Shown here: one piece after another, positions 54,878 through 64,000 of the stretch
How the letters are laid out: each line of letters opens with the position of its first letter
Numbering within the stretch: the stretch's first letter is position 1
NCBI GenBank assembly: GCA_951406725.2
Contig: OX597827.1
Location: 35,464,001 to 35,528,000 of the forward strand
DNA length: 64,000 bases
DNA from: Octopus vulgaris
Taxonomy: Eukaryota
Direction: 5' to 3'
Made by a program: the position numbers and the translations under genes
Notes under the pieces: model-generated
Told to the model about the DNA's origin: nothing
The model's input: the letters and a program-made list of their open reading frames with translations, nothing else
Databases searched by the model: none

Positions 54878-55286
54878 ATGGACCAATTGCAGCAAGGAAT
54901 TCTTGAGAGTCCAAAGCGCTTACATAAAGCCGTCCGAACCTTAATCAATATCATAAAGTCGTGGTTCGGTCTTCTCATACTTCTGATGATTTATTCGCTG
55001 CTCGGTGCCTACGTGTTTATGGAGGTAGAAGGCCCAGCTGAAAGAAAGAGGCGCGCCGGCTTGCTTCGTGAGCGTCTCTATCTGGGTGATTTGCTCTGGA
55101 ACCTCACCTTAAATTACGATGGTGACCCGCAGTCCTACAACAACTGGACGCAGTATGTCAAGGAACAATTGCCTCGCTACGAAGAACGTATATATCAGGC
55201 GTACAAGTACTCCATGTCTTCGGATGCTGAGGTTTGGGACTTCTACGGAGCGTTGCTGTACTGCGGTACGATTTACACTACAATAG
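54878..55286 (+). CDS. Two-pore-domain K+ channel (K2P; TWIK/TRESK/TWK-like), first coding exon: M1, cap, pore helix 1
   Basis: GLLILLMIYSLLGAYVFMEVEGPAE (M1) and WDFYGALLYCGTIYTTIG (P1); phase-1 donor G|GTAGGA at 55287. Confidence 0.93.
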
Positions 55287-56557
55287 GTAGGAGAGTTCCA
55301 CGTTTGACCTTCCGTACTGATTACATGCTCACCTATTTATCCCAGCACTTCTTTGTCCATGTCCCTTTCGGGTTCCCTTTCCAAAAATTTGGGCCACCTA
55401 CTCATTTAAATGTTTAAAAATAAAAATGTTCCATATCTTATAATAGGTTGTTGTATACCCACTAGGAAGGTCAACTTAATGCGATGTATCGAGGAGACGG
55501 CTTTTTTTAAATAGAGGACAGAAAGTACTCATAACTCTTCAAGAGCCTCCGAGCCTGATGGCAAAAAATTTTCTTCAGACCAGGGACCTGGCCCAAATTC
55601 TTACCACTAAAGTCAACCAAGGGCCATGAACTGTCGTTTAACAGGGCTAAGTTTTTCATCCAGTATGGCGGCATCCATTTTGTTTTTATCTTTTTGGTGT
55701 GGTCGAAAATTACGGGTTCGAAAATTAAGTGAAAAGAATAACTCAACCAGAGATCAAAACTGTATAGCGAGCTTTGATCCATCCTATTATTGTTTCGTGG
55801 TTACATAAGATAACATATATTGAAACACGAGAAATTAGTCATCCATTAAACATCCGATATCCATTAATTGTTTCTTTTACAACAGATCAAACAAAAACAA
55901 TACGTAAGAGTAGTAGTTTCTTTTTTTTTTCAATCACTTATCACCTACAGCTACTATCATCATCATCATCATGTTCATCATCATTCCCTTCACCATTATC
56001 GCGACCACTATCCTCACCACCACCATCATCATCATCATCATCATCATCAACTTTGAGATCACGACTATTGTTTATAATCATCACCACTACGATCATCACG
56101 GCCACTATCAGCACCATGATCCCCTTCCATCACCAGCATCATTGACTACCGAACGACTATTATAACCACCACTACCACTACTACCAATACCACCATTACT
56201 ATTATTGCCAAGACAATCTGTTGTCACTAACACCATTACAATCAACCTCCGAACACCACCGCCATCACCACCACCACTGCCACCTTCACACCACATCACA
56301 AGGAAGCATTGCCATCAACTACAATCTTGCACCATTAACGTCTTTATCACTAGTGTTATCTTCATCACCACCATCAACAACATCATCAGCATCATCATCA
56401 TCAACAATAACAACGTCCACATTGCTTACAGCGACATTGTCAACTTTATTGCCATTACCACCACCAATGCCACCAACATTAAAACCAATACCAGTGCTAT
56501 AATCTTTTAGCACACATACACGCACACACACACACACACACAACTACATGAACCCGT

Positions 56558-56626
<69 letters not shown>

Positions 56627-56850
56627 CACGCACATACACTCAGGCACAGCCATGCACACACACACACACATACACACATGCACGCTGACAAATACGTGTG
56701 CGTATAGACACACTCACACACATACACACGCACAGACAACTTACACACATGTACACACACACACCCATACACACTCACACTCAAACACGTGCGTGCATAG
56801 GCACACACACACACTCACACACATACACATGCACAGACACAGACACACAT

Positions 56851-56914
<64 letters not shown>

Positions 56915-57237
56915 CACTATGTTTTCAGAGCAATGGCGTCATCTGTTTCAGTCAATCAATAGAACAACGTGAAGCCAGCTGTACTGTTAGCTTTGAGCTG
57001 ATAGGTTCGGCTGTAATAGAGGATAACTGAGATCTCGTAGTTGTTACGTTCTTAAGACGATATTGATCTGCTGTAATAACACAGAGGGAGCTTTTTTTGT
57101 TTTACGAGACAGAAATTCTGAACTGAAAGAGAAAGAGATTTATCAATCTCTAGAGAGCGTTTGTTCACCGTCAGATGACATCCAAAGATGGATTAATTGT
57201 CTACAAGTAATAGTAGTGGTGGTGGTGGTGGTGGTGA

Positions 57238-57293
<56 letters not shown>

Positions 57294-57395
57294 TGAAGGG
57301 TTATAGAAAAGCAATTAATGGATGTCCAAATAAAAAAAAAGTAACAGTTCGGCCAACAGATTTAGAAACAAACAGAAAATAAATTAGGTAGATAT

Positions 57396-57565
57396 AGGCG
57401 CAGGAGTGGCTGTGTGGTAAGTAGCTTGCTTACCAACCACATGATTCCGGGTTCAGTCGCATTGCGTGGTACCTTCGGCAAGTGTCTTCTACTGTAGCCT
57501 CGGGTAGACCAAAGCCTTGTGAGTGGATTTGGTAGACGGAAACTGAAAGAAGCCCGTCGTATATA

Positions 57566-57617
<52 letters not shown>

Positions 57618-57820
57618 TGTGTCTGTGTTTGCCCCCCCCCCCCAACATCGCTTGTCAACCGATGCTGGTGTGTTTGCGCCCCCGTGACTTAGCGGTTCGG
57701 CAAAAGAGACCGATAGAATAAGTACTCGGCTTACAAAGAATAAGTCCTGGGGTCGATTTGCTCGACTAAAGGCGGTGCTCCAGCATGGCCGCAGTCAAAT
57801 GACTGAAACAAGTAAAAGAG
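57396..57820 (+). mobile_element. SINE family A, full length, in K2P intron
   Basis: GGCGCAGGAGTGGCTGTGTGGTAAG...GGTTCAGTC...internal (TG)n...GACTGAAACAAGTAAAAGAG. Confidence 0.9.
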
Positions 57821-57933
57821 TATAGAAGAGCGATAACAGGAGAAAACAAACTAGAAAAGGTTTGACTGATGAACGAGGGGATATTTTAGACACATTGATA
57901 AAAGGGGAGTCGAAAAGAAGGCAGGTTGTGTTC

Positions 57934-57964
<31 letters not shown>

Positions 57965-58345
57965 TTCGATTTTGTCTCAAACAAGGCTTCGTGCCGCTGT
58001 AACGTACAGAAGGCTTACAAATTCAAAAGATGTCGATTGACAGAAGTTTGAAGGATTGAATATCATAGGCCAGGTGAAAACAAGACGATGGTGATCAGTT
58101 CCACAGAGGAATGAAAATATTAGAATCAAAGGACATATGACTAACAGGAAGTTCAACTGAGAAACGTCTATAAATGTTGATTTGGGCATAGGGACAGCAA
58201 TTTCATTGATCGAAAAGTGCTCAGTGTTAATAAAAATTATTTTCGAAGGGGACAATGGAGAAAACTCCCGGATTTCAGTTCACCAAAAATGGAAAGAACA
58301 TACGTTGGGTAGAGTGAAGTTGATCTTTGGTAGCTAAGATAACAG

Positions 58346-58386
58346 CTTCAGATATGTTTCGGTCTCATTAGACCTCCTCAGTGCAG
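58346..58386 (-). ncRNA. Minimal hammerhead-like motif (slightly decayed)
   Basis: Minus strand: CTGCA CTGAGGA GGTCT AATG AGACC GAAA CATA TC TGAAG; perfect 5-bp stem II. Confidence 0.55.
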
Positions 58387-58434
58387 TATAGTCAACATAC
58401 AAATACCAGGACCTCAGAACGACCAAAATATATA

Positions 58435-58511
<77 letters not shown>

Positions 58512-58785
58512 ATAATTCACGGATAAAAGGCACTATAGTCATGGCTAGAACTAGATATCTGAAGGCCGTTTATATCGACACTCTAACACTATGTTTCTCA
58601 AAGTAGTTTCCAAGAAACCAGAGTTGATAAATTTCGTTCCATGAAATAAGGTGTCTTTTAATAAATTCAATAAATTTATATTCTAAACATATAGTATTTA
58701 TACTTTCGGAATAAGTCATTATATATATAACTTATCACTTAAAATAGATTTTTTATTAAATTAAGTTTATGATAATATATATATA

Positions 58786-59668
<883 letters not shown>

Positions 59669-59684
59669 GTGTTTGTGTGTGTTT

Positions 59685-60285
59685 ATTCTTTTACTTGTTT
59701 CAGTTATTTGACTGCAACCATGCTGGAACATCGCCTTGAAAGGTTTTAGTCGAACAAATCGGACTTATAGCCTAGTATTTATTCTATCAGTCTCTTTTGT
59801 CGAACCGCTGAGTTACCGGGGCGTAAACACACCAATACCGGTTGTCAAACGGTGATGGTGGACAAACAAAGACACACACACATTCACACACACACATAAT
59901 TGAAGAAAATGGAGTCAACAATAAGGAGTACGGTTGGACAGTTATTTTTTTGTTGATTCCAATTTCTTCAATTTTATATTCAGACACGACGAATACACAA
60001 ACATAAAACTGGAAGTATATAATATAGTATTGGGTAATTCTACCCACTTCCTAACGGAATATACCATAGCTATATATATACACCAATTCTACTTACAAGG
60101 CTTTGGTCGGCCCGAAGTTATAGTAGAAGACACTTGCCCAAGGTACCACGCTGTGGGGCTCAACCAGAAACCATTGGTTGGGAAGTAAGCTTCTTACCAC
60201 ACAGTCACGTCTGCGATATATATATATCCTTTTATTCTTTTACTTATTTCAGTAATTTGACTGCGGACATGCTGGAGCACCACCT
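59685..60285 (-). mobile_element. SINE family A pieces in antisense orientation (tail 59685-59890, head 60085-60215, tail stub to 60285)
   Basis: Reverse complements of 57396-57820. Confidence 0.78.
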
Positions 60286-60296
60286 AAACGTATGAG

Positions 60297-60397
60297 ATGC
60301 TTACAGCACCTAGGCTTCCCCAGCGGTCACCCATCTAAGTACTCATTAGGCTCGATTTTGTTTATCTTCAGTGATCGGACGAGAACCGGTGCATTCA

Positions 60398-60406
<9 letters not shown>
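60297..60406 (-). pseudogene. 5S rRNA pseudogene (5'-truncated by about 10 nt)
   Basis: Minus strand ATATCACGTTGAATGCACCGGTTCTCGTCCGATCACTGAAG...AGTACTTAGATGGGTGACCGCTGGGGAAGCCTAGGTGCTGTAAGC matches metazoan 5S with several substitutions. Confidence 0.9.
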
Positions 60407-60477
<71 letters not shown>

Positions 60478-60858
60478 TATATACATACATATATGTACAT
60501 GCCTACATATATATGTATATATATATGCATATATGGGTACAGGACATTAAAAAAACGTTGAACACAATGAGAAACGAAAACATAAAAACAAAAACATAGA
60601 ACGACCTTTTTGGGAACAACGAAAAAAACAAACAGAGAAACTAGACATGCAACAAAGAATATTCCCCTTCTTCAGTTGTCCCTGTTTCATCTACACCCCG
60701 CACCGAGGGCAAGGACAATACGCGACTTCGTTGAAACAATCCTTCCTGCAAAGCAAATTAAATAAAATTTGGGATTTGGTGGGGGGGATTTTTTTATATA
60801 TATATTTTTTATATATATATGTATATATATATATGTATATATTATATACATACATACA

Positions 60859-60889
<31 letters not shown>

Positions 60890-61132
60890 GTATGTATGCA
60901 TGTAAATATCTATATACATGTATATAAATGTTTGTGTGTGTGTATTAATTTTTTGCAACAATGTATAGGCTGTTGAAGGCCGTCCCTAAAATATAGGACT
61001 GGATTTCTTCATATTTTAGATCTAACTAAGGGTTCCGCGTTCTATGAAAAAAGGAATTTTGACAAAATTGCTCTCTAATGATTGTCTAAATCCATCATTT
61101 TGATATTTGTTTTCATTTTTTATCTTTTTTAG

Positions 61133-61603
61133 GTTACGGACATGTTTCTCCGTCAACCGACTGGGGTCGCATCGCCACAATGATTTATGGAGCAATTGGT
61201 GTTCCGTTGGCATTGATTGTTTTAGCTGATATGGGTCGTCACTTCACCGTCCTTTTAAAAGTACTCTGGGTCCTTGCCCGTAAATCCTGCGACGTAGGAG
61301 CCTGTATTTGTCGCGTTTCAGCATCAGCGGCCGCCACTGCCGGAGGTGCAGTGGTGAGTGCAGGCCGTCGCAAGATTTCACGGGATAGGAAGCCGCCTTA
61401 CAAAATAACGGACCGCTTCGAAAACGAAGATGGAAGTGCGCCTATAGCTCAATGGGAAGATTCACGCACGCCAGTATCGGAAAACACTGAGGAAGACGAG
61501 TTTGATGACCAAGACGGTGGAATGTTTGGGAGTGGTTTCCTGAGAATAAGTGGAAAGACACCGACTCTGGCAGACATAGATGACCAGTTCAACCTTCCAA
61601 TGG
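61133..61603 (+). CDS. K2P channel, second coding exon: GYG filter, M2, long M2-M3 cytoplasmic loop
   Basis: Polypyrimidine tract plus AG at 61131-61132. Splicing gives TTIG-YGHVSPSTDWGRIATMIYGAIGVPLALIVLADMG...DDQFNLPM. Donor G|GTGAGT at 61604. M3-P2-M4 exons are not seen in the window. Confidence 0.93.
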
Positions 61604-61779
61604 GTGAGTATATTACGTACGTGTGCTTTTGTGTATGCGTGTATAAGTATTTGTGTGTGTGTGTGTGTGTGTGAGTGTAAGTGTTTGTGTATGCATGTTT
61701 GTGAAAAAGAGGGAGAGAAGAAAAGGGGTATTGGAGACTGTTGTAAACTATTTGCTAGCTTGATTGGCCCCCAAATCAC

Positions 61780-61975
61780 CTCTGACCAAGTAACCTCTGA
61801 TCAAAAAGCATTTTAGCCTCTCTCTTTTTTTTTTTTTTGAGACATAGCATATGTAGGACCACATTATCCAATGTATTCTTCCTTTTTTTATTTATAAAAA
61901 AGGGTAGAGTGTAATTTGAGAGAGATTTAGTCGCTCCGTCTAGCACATCGAAAGACTACACAGAAGCTCCTTCTG
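61780..61975 (+). repeat. Dispersed repeat family D (GTGTGATTTGAGGGAGATTTGGCTG-like core)
   Basis: Related copies near 11030-11210 (+), 13270-13400 (-), 15335-15385 (+) and 26280-26430 (-). Confidence 0.6.
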
Positions 61976-62149
61976 TGACTAAAGTTGTAGACGAGTCTGT
62001 TATGTTATACTGTATGCAACAAAAAACCTTCACAGTTTCCAATTTCTTATAAACGTTTTGACAATAAACGCACGATATACACCAATCTGATCCACGATGG
62101 CAACTAAAAACAAAAGCGATTAAACATTAGCTACATAGAGACAATATTA

Positions 62150-63660
62150 CCACGTGCCTAACTTTTCTCCACTCCAATAGCCGTGTAAAACATGAGAGAT
62201 TTTTCTGCCGTACCTTGAATCTAATACATAATTCATAACATCGTCAAACATTTTCTCTGGATTTCTAGTAATTATCCCAGTCACTACCCACTCTCTGAAA
62301 ATTAGAAACGCTTTTTTTTCTGACGAAACGTTTGTCCTCTTTCAGTGTAGAGTCCACTTGTTTTTGTATTGATGTGACCAAAATGTTACACCAATCGATA
62401 TTGGAGAGCTGTCAATCTATAATTCTCGAAGTCACTTTCCTGGTGTCTTATTGCCTTGCAGAGAACGGAATACTTAAGGTATTCTTCTGTTAATGGTGAT
62501 AAAGTACCTTTCTACTGGTTTTACGTCTCGGTGTTGCAACAATGAAGCGCTTTTATGCAGAAAAGCCGTATTTGAAGGTGTATAAGATGCATCTTTTTTT
62601 CAAAAACAAAAAAGGTCGAAAAAGGCACCCCGAGTCCTACATGCGAAGTTGGGACTCCCGAAAGCTTTAATACATTACAATCTTTCCTCTGAATATGTGC
62701 TACTGAAATTCAAGGTTTCTACTGGAATACCATCCAGTCCAGACGACAGAGGTTTTTTTTCAATTCATGGCAGCGCTAACTTTAGCAAAAGTGGCGGCCT
62801 ATTGATTTGGTGGATGATAAGTACTTCGCAAAACTCCTCTGGATTCACTTATTCAGGCTGGTCTAAGGGCTTATTGAAGTACTTTTCTCAACCCTCCACG
62901 ACTGACAGATATCACAGTACAAATCCTGCTGTGATACAGAGTCTTCAATGTATCATAGAAACTGTTTATGTCATATTTAACTCAGTGCATCATGATTTCT
63001 TGAGCTTTTACCATCCACAATTTTTTTATAATGCAGTGTACAATGGGTGAGTTGAGCCTTCTCCGAAGAATTTGCACTGCTTGTATAAAATATGTGATGA
63101 GAGATTACTCAGAGTGGCTCTGTGGACTTTGTGCATGTCATTGAGAAGCCTATGAGTTTTGCTGGAGTTCTCGTTGAATCACTTTTGATTTTTTTTTCGT
63201 CTTAAGGCCAATGGTTTCTGCAGCAGCATCAAGGAATCAGGAATTTGAGAAGGTCCATTAATCAACCATATGATGCCTCTAAAACTTTTAGTTTGATAAC
63301 CAGAGTGTCAGATGTCAAGACGTTTGGGCATCTTTTACGTCGTAAAGTGCACATTTGCATCTAACTTTTGTTATATCATTCGATGGTCTACCCAACATTC
63401 AATTCCCCTCGTTGCATTAATGGGTAAAGCAGTTTTTGAGGTTTGCCCAACTGACCATGATAGACAATAAGATACCAGTATGCATTCATGAGGTCTTGTA
63501 CTTGTTCTTTTACTAGGAGATTGTGCATGTAATAGTTTTATTGTGTTCCAGGCAGAGAAAAAGAAGTCTAATGCCTTTGCTGTTCTTTTTCTCTATCACA
63601 ATAGCTAGTACAAACATAGAAGATAGCATTCAACATGACATCAGCCTTGTTGTTAAAAAT
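62150..63660 (-). mobile_element. Highly decayed RTE-like LINE (end of endonuclease to start of RT)
   Basis: Minus-strand remnants DENSSKTHRLLNDMHKVHRA, KYFNKPL, SGLDGIPVE, SITRKVTSRII. Confidence 0.6.
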
Positions 63661-64000
63661 AAACTCCTGTCTTAACTCAGACACCAATTAACATTAATGA
63701 GCTGTTTGATGTCTCAAGACGGCAAATTGACTGTATCATTAGAGGGATGGACAAAAGGTTTTGCGTTATTCGTTCCGTTTCTTTACACTCTGAGTTTAAA
63801 ACCCACCGCGATCATTCTATTGGCGTTTTATGTCTTCTTTTAAATGTTTTCTTCGGTTTTTAATTTTTAATTATTTCTTTACTGAAACATTTTCTTTCTA
63901 TATCTTGTTTCATTTATTCGCAAGTTCATTGCTGGTTTTTATTCCGGCTCATTACACACTGAGTTTAAATTCCGCCCAAGTCAATTGCGCTTTACAATCT

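Noticed and set aside
55287-55417. ORF continuation after TTIG (RRVPRLTF...)
   Set aside because: Intron read-through; the donor at 55287 joins in frame to GYG at 61133.
55868-56510. His/Thr/Ile-rich ORFs in the K2P intron
   Set aside because: Degenerate (CAT/CAC)n low-complexity sequence; inclusion would split the pore filter.
57980-58320. Possible extra K2P exon
   Set aside because: Stops in the frames examined; the KTMVISS-like remnant looks like a decayed LINE RT piece.

Overview
Repeat-saturated animal genomic DNA, very likely an octopus (coleoid cephalopod). This is inferred from the tRNA-derived SINE families, the extreme microsatellite load and the transposon mix. The only convincing host gene is a + strand two-pore-domain (K2P, TWIK/TRESK-like) potassium channel. 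Two coding exons are visible (54878-55286, 61133-61603), the TIG|YG selectivity filter is split by a phase-1 intron, and the gene continues past the window. A probable 1.4 kb 5' UTR precedes it. The rest is decayed mobile DNA: Tc1 and mariner elements, a rearranged Merlin (IS1595-like) transposase, hAT-type MITEs, R4/Dong-like, Vingi-like and RTE-like LINEs, Penelope-like elements, LTR remnants, several SINE families and a 5S rRNA pseudogene. The most striking unannotated signal is about ten minimal type I hammerhead-ribozyme-like motifs, several beside Penelope fragments and some folded into large palindromes. Most listed ORFs are microsatellite artefacts. All calls were made by eye and repeat boundaries are approximate.
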